Shown piece by piece: positions 1-10,100 of a stretch of DNA of 64,000 nucleotides. The notes under the pieces were generated by a model. The model searched no databases. It worked only from the letters and a program-made list of their open reading frames with translations, and was not told the DNA's origin. Where the stretch lies: NCBI GenBank assembly GCA_963669175.1, contig OY769902.1, forward strand, positions 1,184,001-1,248,000, in the 5' to 3' direction. Origin of the DNA: a bacterium (GTDB taxonomy: Bacteria; Electryoneota; Electryoneia; Electryoneales; Electryoneaceae). The translations under genes were made by a program, and so were the position numbers. Position 1 is the stretch's first letter. Each line of letters opens with the position of its first letter.

Positions 1-37
1 TCTATACAAACCAATTGGGTGTAAATTATACGTTATG

Positions 38-140
38 CAACCCTTCCAGGGTTGAGATAAGGTTTGATCTTTTTCGTAGGGTAGACGCTAAACAGACAGC
101 GTCAACCCTACGCTAAAATATACCACCCCCTCTGGGGTGG
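38..140. repeat. REP-like cluster of three palindromes
   Basis: CAACCCTTCCAGGGTTG (38-54), CGTAGGGTAGACGCT..AGCGTCAACCCTACG (75-112), CCACCCCCTCTGGGGTGG (123-140). Confidence 0.6.
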
Positions 141-376
141 CAGAAACACGAAGATGTGAGCAAGAGACAGTGCTTTAGCCGGGGTGTCCGTGGTGATTAA
201 AACTTGACGAGCGCCCTTCAGGGTGCTTTCCTGCATCGGGATATTTTTCTGGCAAGCCTGCTAAGCTTAGTATATCGCAGCTTTACAATTATATTGTGAT
301 TCCCATTTTTTATCCGTCATCTATTCATTTGCTGGATCAGTGAAAGATTCACTGTATGGTTATGGAAAGGCGATAA

Positions 377-673
377 CACGTTTCGTCAGGTCTTGATGTG
401 ATGCCTTTTTCTTGTTCTTCTCCGCAATTTCAGAAATCTGTCCGACTCCACACCTGCTATTTCGCATGACAGATCGTCATCAGGCATCACGTTGTGACCT
501 GACGACAGCGAGAATGCTGATACCGGTGGCAGGTCACAACGCGACAATAACAGGACGAGAGGAAATTTAAGATTCACCGTGCATTCAAGAAAACATTGCG
601 AAAGCCGAAAACGAAATGTCGCGTCAAGACCTGCCACAACTTTGCCCAGATGCTCTAATTCTTGTGAGGAACC
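377..673 (+). mobile_element. Left-truncated copy of the 333-bp MITE (family A)
   Basis: Colinear with 52384-52680; keeps the right end AATTCTTGTGAGGAACC, left TIR absent. Confidence 0.8.
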
Positions 674-692
674 ATACATTTGAAGCATTCTT

Positions 693-759
693 GGAAAAGG
701 AAACAGTCCTCTTTCCCGTGTACTTCCTGTCTGGTCTCAAGAAAAGGGTATAGTCACTT
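693..759 (-). repeat. Partial REP-like array (GGAAAAGG-ACAGT-CCTTTT type)
   Basis: Inverted match to units 2-3 of the array at 60554-60745. Confidence 0.75.
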
Positions 760-1720
760 ACATAACCGGTAACAGGCCTACAACATTCTTCAATACGGGC
801 AACACCCCGGCGCTCCAGAACAGTTTTTCCCCGGTCACGAACCATACACCGGCGAAACCGATGATGATACCGATCAGGCGTGGCAGGGTGATGCGTTCCT
901 TCAGCAGCAGCGCGGCAAAAATGAAGATGAAGACATTCGACATCTGGTTCAATGCGGATGCTGTTGAAGCCTGTGTGTATTTCATGCCGCCCAGCCAGAG
1001 AATGAGGGCCAGGTAGGTTCCCAGCAAGGTGCCGGGGACCATGAATTTCAGGTTGGCGGGTTTGGTGTAGGATAAAAGAATAGCTTTCCTGCGTTTATCG
1101 AAGAGGAGAATAATTCCGAGCACAAAGGCGGCGCCGACCAATCGCATTTCGATAGACCATAACAACGGGGAGCGTTCCAGCAATGGTTTGATCATTACAA
1201 CCCCGATACCCATCAGGGCTTGTGAAAACGCTCCCAGTCCGATACCGACCAGCAGTTGCTTGCGAGTAATGACACCGGTGTTCTTCTCCCAGCCGACCGC
1301 CAGCACTGCTGAAACGATGAAGATGACCCCGAAGACCTGGAGAGTGGTGAGGCTTTCCCCCAGCCAGGGAATGGAAATAACAATAATGAACGGGCTGTAC
1401 AGGCAGTCTACAATAGCCGAACGCGATGCGCCAAGCATGTTCAGGCTCTTGAAGAAAAGCGTATCCGCAATACCGATTCCCAGCGCACCACTGGCGAACA
1501 TGAGCAGGTACTCGGAAAAAGGCACATCACGTATGATTTCCATACCCAGCAGCATCATGGTAGGGGGAAAGAGGATCATGGCGAAGGAATTCTTAAACAG
1601 GTTCAGCGCCATTGGCCCAACTGTCTCCCCGCTCTTTTTGAACAGGATGACAGCAAATGCCCAGACGATAGCGCAAGCCAGGGCCAGGGATTCCCCAAGG
1701 TATGGAATTGGTGTTGACAT
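758..1720 (-). CDS. EamA/DMT family transporter
   Basis: 320 aa, about 10 hydrophobic segments in two repeats; PWLGESLT and LLLKERIT end-of-repeat motifs. Confidence 0.9.
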   Translation of the reverse strand: MSTPIPYLGESLALACAIVWAFAVILFKKSGETVGPMALNLFKNSFAMILFPPTMMLLGMEIIRDVPFSEYLLMFASGALGIGIADTLFFKSLNMLGASRSAIVDCLYSPFIIVISIPWLGESLTTLQVFGVIFIVSAVLAVGWEKNTGVITRKQLLVGIGLGAFSQALMGIGVVMIKPLLERSPLLWSIEMRLVGAAFVLGIILLFDKRRKAILLSYTKPANLKFMVPGTLLGTYLALILWLGGMKYTQASTASALNQMSNVFIFIFAALLLKERITLPRLIGIIIGFAGVWFVTGEKLFWSAGVLPVLKNVVGLLPVM

Positions 1721-1910
1721 GTTTTCACTTTTATGGTTAAAGGTCGATTGGATTCTAGGAGAATCATCCTGCTTGGCGCAATGGCAAATATGACAATTGA
1801 CTCCCTGACGCCAACTCCCTTTTTTGTAATTAGCCCGAATATTTCATGAACGAAACAAGAATTATGATTTCAACACAGTCCATATCGGCACCATAAAACT
1901 GAATCATACA

Positions 1911-2200
1911 GCACTTTTCAGGGTACAGTTTACTGCTGCATCCCTTTGCGTATCTATTCCCTGTTGCGCTGGCAACCTGAGGCTGAGTTCCGGAAACCGC
2001 CCCGGCAGGAGTAAACTGAATATTATCATGGATATATAGTTTGGATTCTTAGGCAACCCGCTGCCGGGGTTGGCAGGTAGTGTACACCCTTTTCCCACCG
2101 TGAGCGCCAAACATACGGCGCTGGACGGTGGGCTAACACAGGGAACCACTTCCGTGGTTCTTATCCTGCCCGTTCCATCAAGCATGACATGTAAAAGTGC
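1911..2200 (-). ncRNA. Candidate structured non-coding RNA, family unassigned
   Basis: Intergenic; closing stem GCACTTTT/AAAAGTGC, several internal stems, GGAA tetraloop hairpin on the minus strand. Confidence 0.3.
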
Positions 2201-2343
2201 CAGTCGTGAAATACCCGGGTTAGAATCACTTATTATCGCTGAACCTGTCCACCGAGTTTTCACATTCTGTTTTATCTGCATAAGTGCATACTCATTGGAT
2301 TATGCCTATATTGAGGCCATTGTTGGATAACCGAGGCCTGGAT

Positions 2344-2799
2344 GTGAAACGTGCCATCTACACCGATATTGAATTCGATGTTCCCCCGGAACGAGTCTGG
2401 CAAAAACTTGCAAACCTGGATCACTACTCTTCCTGGAATACCCTGTTTCAGATCGTCGGCGGTTCGATCAAGGAAAACGGATCTATCCAGATTCGTTTGA
2501 CTGCACCCGGTGTCTGGGCTTTGGTATTTGGTGGACGAATCACGAGATTCGAGCCTTACGGTGAGCTGCGCTGGCGGTTTTTCCTGGGGATTCCCGGATT
2601 ATTGGACGGAGTACACTCTTTCACGATTCAGCCGATAAATAATAATGGTAGCCTGTTGATCCAGAAAATGCGCTTTAAAGGCATGTTCGGTTCAGCGTTT
2701 GTGAAGAAATTCCACTACAACCTGGCTCGTGGCATGGAAAGCATGAACATGAGCTTGAAGGATCTGGCGGAGACAGAAGCGGAATCTTCTGAATCCTGA
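2344..2799 (+). CDS. SRPBCC (polyketide cyclase/START-like) domain protein
   Basis: IEFDVPPERVWQKLANLDHYSSWN motif; GTG start at 2344 preferred over the ORF-track start 2284. Confidence 0.85.
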   Translation: MKRAIYTDIEFDVPPERVWQKLANLDHYSSWNTLFQIVGGSIKENGSIQIRLTAPGVWALVFGGRITRFEPYGELRWRFFLGIPGLLDGVHSFTIQPINNNGSLLIQKMRFKGMFGSAFVKKFHYNLARGMESMNMSLKDLAETEAESSES

Positions 2800-2815
2800 G
2801 GTAAAGAAAACGCCC

Positions 2816-4240
2816 ATGGAAGGTCCGAGCAACAATATCCACCAACGCCTGGTCAACCGCGTCCGTAAAGATGCGGAGAAGTGGATACGTGCGTTCGAAC
2901 GAAAGAAAATCGAAAGCGGCATTCCGCCTGAAATCGTCAGCGAACTCGAGGCCACGGCAACCAGGTTACAACAGGATATCGACCATTTCATTGATGCGGT
3001 TGCCGACCCCTATACCTTGACTTTGCCCCGCCTGGAAAAACTTCTCGAATTGTTGCCGCCTGATCGTGCGCTGGCTCGTTATGACCTGGAACGCCTCACA
3101 AAAACCTATGATGAAATCTGCATGGATGTTACGGACAAGGCGGCGGACCTGTTTGCCCAGGCTGAAGCCGCGATTGACCGTGAAGATTATGATATCGGCC
3201 TCAATGTCCTGCGCCATACCATGAAACTGGCGCCACGGTATTTCCCCGGTTTCCTGGTGCTGGGATATAGTACGCTCGTTACCCAGAACCCCAAGGAGGG
3301 ATTGCAGCATCTTGAGCGTTCGCTTGGGTTTCTGCCCCATGAACATGGCGAACACTTCCGCCAGTTTGTGATCGAATTGATCGCCAAGGCGCACGAGATG
3401 GATAACAATCACTCGAACGCGGTGAAGAGTTATCGACGGTTGCAGAGCCTGGGAATGAACCAGCCGGCAATTGATTATGCGATGGCACGAAACCTGGTAC
3501 TGAACGGCCAGAAGTTCGACGCACTTCATATTATCCAAAGTACATTCCCGCAAAAACCGGAATTCTTCTCCTTCGCCCTTGTTGATCCGGGGTTTGCCAA
3601 TGTGCAGGCCGAACTGATTGCTTTGCTGAACGAGACGCGTAGCGAATGGAGCTCATCAGTAGAAGAGGTGTTTAATAAGCTGCTGTCCATCAATGAAATT
3701 GTGGTTTTTTACGGACTGGATGAACGCTTCGACGATATCAAAAAGTACCACGACCGTGTGATCGAACTACAAAGCTCACTTGGAAAGACCAGTAACTCGG
3801 ACATGCAGGCGTTGATGTCCCATACCATCCCCGAGCTGGTCCCCGATTATCCGAATCTGGTCGAACATGAGCTGGATGAACTTGCCAGTATACGGCGTGA
3901 AGAGATCAGCCAGCATAACAAGCAACTGCTGGAACAGGCGGAAGGCAAACAGCGTCGTGCAACCATGATCAGTATTTATGTATGGGTTGCGCTTACCGTT
4001 CTGCTGTTCCTGATTTTACTGCTTTCGGATGTGCCTTTTATCGTTGCCCTGATGGTGGTGATTGGCACCATGCCGTTCGGTTTTGTGCCGGTAGCTGCGG
4101 TGGGACGGGGTATACGGAACCGTGTGGCCAGCGAGTACATCAGCGCCTCGCCTGTACGGCAGATCAAGGGCGATTTCAACGATGTACACTGGACCAAGTC
4201 CGACATCCTGGGCAGGATTTCCAAGGAAGGGTGGACCTAA
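2816..4240 (+). CDS. TPR-repeat protein with C-terminal membrane hairpin
   Basis: 474 aa helical TPR-like segments, two hydrophobic helices near the C-terminus. Confidence 0.7.
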   Translation: MEGPSNNIHQRLVNRVRKDAEKWIRAFERKKIESGIPPEIVSELEATATRLQQDIDHFIDAVADPYTLTLPRLEKLLELLPPDRALARYDLERLTKTYDEICMDVTDKAADLFAQAEAAIDREDYDIGLNVLRHTMKLAPRYFPGFLVLGYSTLVTQNPKEGLQHLERSLGFLPHEHGEHFRQFVIELIAKAHEMDNNHSNAVKSYRRLQSLGMNQPAIDYAMARNLVLNGQKFDALHIIQSTFPQKPEFFSFALVDPGFANVQAELIALLNETRSEWSSSVEEVFNKLLSINEIVVFYGLDERFDDIKKYHDRVIELQSSLGKTSNSDMQALMSHTIPELVPDYPNLVEHELDELASIRREEISQHNKQLLEQAEGKQRRATMISIYVWVALTVLLFLILLLSDVPFIVALMVVIGTMPFGFVPVAAVGRGIRNRVASEYISASPVRQIKGDFNDVHWTKSDILGRISKEGWT

Positions 4241-4305
4241 GCATATACCTGCCTGTCCTGTGGTGACCTCGTCGGCAATATTCGGAACGTCAGGCTGGAG
4301 CTTTA

Positions 4306-4551
4306 ATGGCGTTTATCCTCTTTTACCTGCTTAGCGCGTATACTCTTGTCGTGTTTGCCGATTCCTGGGCGCATATGCTCGATCCATACCGTGAGTTTCC
4401 CATCTCACGGTTGCTGTATCGTCTTACCAGCGTGTTCCTTCGGCCCATCCGAAAGATCACCCCGAAAATCGGCCAGTTTGACGGTTCCCACTTTGTACTG
4501 ATTGCTATCCTGCTGGTGCTTACGACACTGACACGCTATATCCCGTTTTAG
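4306..4551 (+). CDS. YggT family membrane protein
   Basis: LYRLTSVFLRPIRKITPKIGQFDGS matches the YggT pattern. Confidence 0.8.
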   Translation: MAFILFYLLSAYTLVVFADSWAHMLDPYREFPISRLLYRLTSVFLRPIRKITPKIGQFDGSHFVLIAILLVLTTLTRYIPF

Positions 4552-4595
4552 TCATAGTAGTTCTGACTATTCCCTCTCTAACATAAACCCTGAAC

Positions 4596-4818
4596 GGGTG
4601 GTCCGACTTACCGGGTGTGCGGTATGACATTCTCGTATTGCCGACAACGTCAGTCAATTATTGTCCTGTGATGCGCGTGATGAGCAAGTCGGGAACTGGG
4701 CTGCAACCATGTAACTCTTATCTAACTCCTTCGGAGTAAACAACCCAACCCTTGTCGCCACAATGTGATTGTCCAATCGAGTAATCGGACCATCCGTACA
4801 GGGCAAAATCGGGCCACC
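4596..4818. repeat. Possible divergent relative of inverted-repeat element family B
   Basis: Ends GGTGGTCCGA...TCGGGCCACC, similar size, between convergent genes; interior similarity not evident. Confidence 0.35.
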
Positions 4819-4854
4819 AAACCTGATTACCCTACCCACCTTCTTTACCTTTTT

Positions 4855-6747
4855 TTACTTCAACAGAGTAACAGTTTGTGTTTGTTGTACATGTCCTGCC
4901 TGCAAATGAATAAAATAAACCCCTGAAGGCAGTCCATTTGCATCCCACGCCAGTTCATGTCGTCCGGCTGTGGGGTGTCCCGTGTAAAGGGTTGAGACTC
5001 TGCGTCCATCCAGCGAGTAAACTTCAAGCGAGGCAAACCTGTCGCCCGGCGTATCGAAAGTTACGAGGGTGGAACTGTTAAAGGGATTCGGAAAGCAGGG
5101 ATGCAGCGACAAAGTTGCAGGAATCACGGTCGGATCTTCGTCAACTCGCTCCCATTCAAATGTCAGGCTGGTATCGGCCATCCGAACCGGGAGGTTTGGA
5201 GTGGCCGTGTAAATGGACTCAAAAGTCGCAGCTTCAGAAGATTCGTGATCAATTAGATGCGCAGCAAACGAGGGACTGATAGTTTGATACAACACTTCTA
5301 TTTCAACACGAGTCGCGGGAGGCAGATGGAAATGAACAATATCCAGTCCTGATCCCTGTTGACCATTGTCTGTGTTAAAATCCTCGTCTTCCAGCGCTTC
5401 TCCGACAACTTCCATCCATTCGTAGTCTTCATGAGTATCGACAAAACCGACAGGTGGAATACGGTTATCCTTGGCGAGCGATCCGGCACGTAAAAGTGTC
5501 CAGGTTCGTGCCTCATCCACATCCTGCATCACGGCTTCGTAGATCTGGACCTGGTCCTCTAAAGTAATGATATCATAGTGCGGTTCATATTCTTCGTCTT
5601 CATCGAGAATAACGCCGGTATCGTCCCATTCACCTGACTCAAATATGACATCCTCATCAGCATCGTAGGCTGTCAGGTGAACCCACATTCTGCGTAAGGG
5701 AATACCTGTTGGCAGTTTGTGCCCGGTCAGGTTGGACAGGGATACATCCAGGAAAAGGGAATCGTCAGTTTGCTGTGAGGAAGCTTGCATGTTCAGAGAA
5801 TTCTGCTGAAGTTGCGCAAGATTCTTGTCACGGGTGGACTCGAGTTGATCGACCGATGACGTTATCCCCAGTTCCTCCTGATTATCCATCAGACGTTCCA
5901 CCATGTACACATTGGCCCCGGCAAAGTCATGCTTGAAAAAGGGCTCACGAGTGACTTCGTGCCAGAAGGGCATCTGGGCGATATCCTGCGCTTCATCCGC
6001 GACAGGCATATGGCAGCTCTGGCATTCACGATTATCTGCTGGATAATCCGAGTTCAGCCATTCCAGGTAGGGTGTCTGTTCCGGGAATGTCCCCGCCACA
6101 TTGCCCTCATTATCCACATAAGGGGTGAACAGGGTGTGGCAAGTGGCGCAGAGTTCTGAACCGTTCACATGTTCGCCATATTGCGGTGTGAAGCCGGACA
6201 TGTTGAACATGGGCGCGGCAAGAGGTTCCGTATACGGACCAAATACGATTTTACCCTCTTCAATGACATAATGCCCGGTATAGCTGTCGTCGGTTCCCAG
6301 GTTGTCCGGTTGTATCTGGTGGCAGAGGGTGCAGGAAACACCGTCGAGCGCCAGGGGAGAATTCAGCATATCGTTGAACGGATACGCATCTGCGCCGTCA
6401 TGGATGGCCTGGGTGTGTCCCAATGGAGCATGACAGGTGGTACACTTGTCCTCAATAACCGCTTGGAGATGAGGAACATCTTCCACTTCGGCCGTCACTT
6501 TCGCTTGCCACAGGGGGTCTTTGGCGGAATGGGCCATCATGGCTGAACGCCAGGTTGTGACCGGTGAAATATCCTCGCCGTTTTCCATCATGATGGAACC
6601 ATCCGATTCGTGGCAGGTCTGGCATATACCGGAACCGGCGAAAAGACTGGTAGAGTCAGTTGGTAACGCGGGTTGTGATAAGACCTCTTGAGCGGCAAAC
6701 AGGAACAGTATACTGGTCAGGTGACAAAGCTTTACCCATCTTGACAT
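4855..6747 (-). CDS. Pentaheme c-type cytochrome with C-terminal sorting domain
   Basis: Five CxxCH motifs (CQTCH, CTTCH, CTLCH, CATCH, CQSCH), signal peptide, FPNPFN...TVTLLK tail; start 6747 follows AAGGAGG. Confidence 0.9.
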   Translation of the reverse strand: MSRWVKLCHLTSILFLFAAQEVLSQPALPTDSTSLFAGSGICQTCHESDGSIMMENGEDISPVTTWRSAMMAHSAKDPLWQAKVTAEVEDVPHLQAVIEDKCTTCHAPLGHTQAIHDGADAYPFNDMLNSPLALDGVSCTLCHQIQPDNLGTDDSYTGHYVIEEGKIVFGPYTEPLAAPMFNMSGFTPQYGEHVNGSELCATCHTLFTPYVDNEGNVAGTFPEQTPYLEWLNSDYPADNRECQSCHMPVADEAQDIAQMPFWHEVTREPFFKHDFAGANVYMVERLMDNQEELGITSSVDQLESTRDKNLAQLQQNSLNMQASSQQTDDSLFLDVSLSNLTGHKLPTGIPLRRMWVHLTAYDADEDVIFESGEWDDTGVILDEDEEYEPHYDIITLEDQVQIYEAVMQDVDEARTWTLLRAGSLAKDNRIPPVGFVDTHEDYEWMEVVGEALEDEDFNTDNGQQGSGLDIVHFHLPPATRVEIEVLYQTISPSFAAHLIDHESSEAATFESIYTATPNLPVRMADTSLTFEWERVDEDPTVIPATLSLHPCFPNPFNSSTLVTFDTPGDRFASLEVYSLDGRRVSTLYTGHPTAGRHELAWDANGLPSGVYFIHLQAGHVQQTQTVTLLK

Positions 6748-7167
6748 ACTGTCCTCCTTTACACGGGATGAGTATTGTTTCATAACGTAGACAACAAACA
6801 ACGTGGATTTTTTCTGATTCTATCCGTAAATACCGTTAGGAGAGTTTATTTCTCGCAGAGGTTCTATGGGAAGGTTTCATATAGCAAAGATTGCGAACAA
6901 TATTGAACGTGTGTGTTGTACTCGCTTTACTCTCTATTAAACGATTATTTTATCATTTGTGCTCCGTGTCACCACTATATTATAAAGAAATGTTAGTTTA
7001 AATACGTTGCTGTGAAAATCGGGTGGCAAAAGCTTAGGACGATTTTTCATACCTGGTGCGGCTTTCACGTCCCTACCATTATCCGCTTTCATTACAAACC
7101 ATTAGCCAGCCTTATGGGTGACTCAGATATCAGCATGGTTTTTTGACCACGTTGAAGGGGGAACTGT

Positions 7168-10100
7168 ATGTGCGGAAAATGGACATGTTCCCTGGCTTGC
7201 CTTCTCTTTCTATTGGCAGGTTCAGCAGGATTCCTTGGGTGTGAAGATGCTGTAGAGGAGCTTCTTCCATCGCTGGAAATTGAGGCCCCGGGTAATGGGG
7301 ACCATTGGGAGGCGGGCTTGGACAGCAGCGGGGTTATCCGTTGGCAATACTCCGAGTTTGCAGGCAGCGTTCATATCGATCTGTACCGCAATGATGTATA
7401 CGTTCAGACCATTGCAGATTCCGTAAACATTTCCGATACCATCCTGATTTGGACACCTCCGTTCAACCTTGAAGCCGGGCAGGGGTACCAGGTATTCCTG
7501 GAAGCTTATACCAACGCTGAAGTATCTGATTTGAGCGATGCGTTTCATATGGATGCCCCCAGAAATCCGCCCGCTATTGAAGTGACTTCACCGCGTGGCG
7601 GCACCAAGTGGGAAGTCGGGTTGGAAGATGACGCGTTGATTGAGTGGGAGTATCAGCTTGTTGAGGGACTGATCCGGATTGATTTGTGTCGTAGCGATAC
7701 CGTTGTCACCATGATCGCGGATAGTGTTGCGCTGGAGGACAGCAGCTACACCTGGACTGTTCCCCAGGCTACCGACCCCGGCAGCCAGTACCAGGTTTGC
7801 ATTACCAGCCTGACCGATTCCACTGTTTTTGATTTCAGCACCAATTTCCAGATCCAGGAATATGACAGCACACAATCACTGGAGATCGTCAGTCCTTCCG
7901 GCGGCGACCGTTGGATGGTTGGCCTGGTCAATGGCGCAACCGTCGAGTGGGAAAACCACCATGTAGATGGTACTGTTACCCTTGAGCTGCACAACGGCAA
8001 TGATTTTGTCGCCCTGATTGGGGATGAAATCGAAGCATCGGCCCTGATGTTCAGTTGGACCGTTCCGGAAGAGGTTGAGCCTGGAAACGGTTATCGGATC
8101 TATATCGAGTCCAACGACAACCCGGATATCAATCATACAGGTCACAACTTCCAGATTGAACCGTATGATGACACGCCCATGCTGGAAGTCACCAGCCCCG
8201 GGCAGGGCGATAGCTGGCAGGTTGGTGTTGAAGATGGCGCCCCGATCGAATGGGCCTATGCGAACGTAACCGGAACAATCAAGGTAGAACTGTACCTGCA
8301 TAACGATTTCGTGCAGACGATTCTTGATACTATCCCGGTGGATTCCGGCGGTTATAGCTGGACTGTTCCCGGCGATATCGAGCCGGGGCATGGGTATCGT
8401 GTGTACGTGGAAAGTCATGACAACCCGGATGTGAACAACCTTGGCAGCAACTTCGAGATTGAACCCTATGGAAGTACCAGTTCCATCGAAGTTACCGAAC
8501 CCGGTTCGGGAACACGCTGGCCCCAGGTGGAGCCTGATGCCGCTGTCATCGAATGGGTCTACGAAAACCTGAACGGAACTGTCAACATCGACCTGTATTT
8601 CGACGGTGAGTTTGTCCTGAATATCGCGGATGAGGTTGCGGTTGATGAGCTTACCTATGCCTGGACAGTGCCGTTGAGTGTCAGCCCGGATCGAGGCTAC
8701 CAAGTCTATATCGAGAGCAACGAGGATGAATACGTCTCCGATATGGGCCGTGAGTTCCGGATTGATCCGCCTGCGGATGAAATGAGCCTGGATGTCACTG
8801 AACCCGGTGGCGGAACACGCTGGATGATTGGAGAAGAGAATGGCGCGATCATTGAATGGGAATCGGAGAACCTTGAAGGCACACTTCGTCTGGACCTGTA
8901 CGACCGTGATGGTTTCGTCGCCGAAATCGCATCGGAAGTGGATGTGACTTCCGGTACTTATTTCTGGACTGTACCAGGTACAGTACCGCCGGACAACGGA
9001 TACACAGTATATGCCGAAAGCAACCTGTACGATTACGTCAACGATGAAAGCAACAGCTTCCGTATTGACCCACCGGAAGATCCCGCGACCCTGGAAATTG
9101 CCAGCCCGGGACAGGGCGATACCTGGATCATTGGCGAAGAAAACGGCGCAGTCATCGAGTGGACTTCTGAAAACCTGACCGGGACACTCAAGTTTGATCT
9201 TTACCGTGCGAACAGCTTTGTCGTGACGATTACCGATTGTGTGGCTGTGGAAGCGGGGAGCTTCACCTGGACCGTGCCGAACAGCGTGGATGATGCCAAC
9301 AATTACCATATCTATGCTGAAAGCAACGAGCTGGCCTACGTCAATTGTGAAAGCCGCAATTTCCGTATCGATCCCAACCCGAACCCGATGGAGATCGAGG
9401 TGACCACTCCCGGCCCGGGCGACCGCTGGACTGTCAACGAGCAGGACGGCGCGTTGATCGAGTGGGAATACTCGGGCTTTGAAGGCACGGTGACCATTGA
9501 CCTGTACCAGGATGATGTCTTCGTCATGAACATCGCTACCGCGGTGCAGGTTGCAGATCTGAGTTACACCTGGACTGTACCCACGGCAGCGGGCAGCGGG
9601 CAGCATTTTGCCGTGTACGTGGCAAGTGATACGGAACCGGATGTTCACGACTTCAGCCGTGAATTCCGTATCGATCCGGCCGACGAGGACTGGGAGATCG
9701 AAGTCACGGCTCCCGGCCAGGGCGACAGTTGGTTGGTTGGTGAAGAAGGGGCCATTACCTGGACCTACGCAAATGTAACCGGGACTATATCGATAGACCT
9801 GTATCTCCACAATGGGTATGTACGTGATATCGTGGATGGGGTAAATGTTGCCAACGGCAGTTATACCTGGACCATGCCATTGGAGGTAGAGCCCTCCAAC
9901 GGTTATCGCATTTACATCATATGTGATGACAACGCTGAAGTGGATGACCTTGGCAGCAACTTCACTGTGGTTGGGGATGATGAACCAGGCGAGCTGGAAG
10001 TTACCGGACCGGGTCAGGGCGATGAGTGGGTAGTTGGTGAGGATGGTCAGATTACCTGGACCGCGCTGAATGTGGACGGCACCATTCACCTCGAACTCTA

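Noticed and set aside
386-688. Similar ~90-100 aa ORFs at 386-688, 52393-52686 and 60786-61055
   Set aside because: They are translations of MITE A with inconsistent starts and no recognisable domain; coding is not excluded
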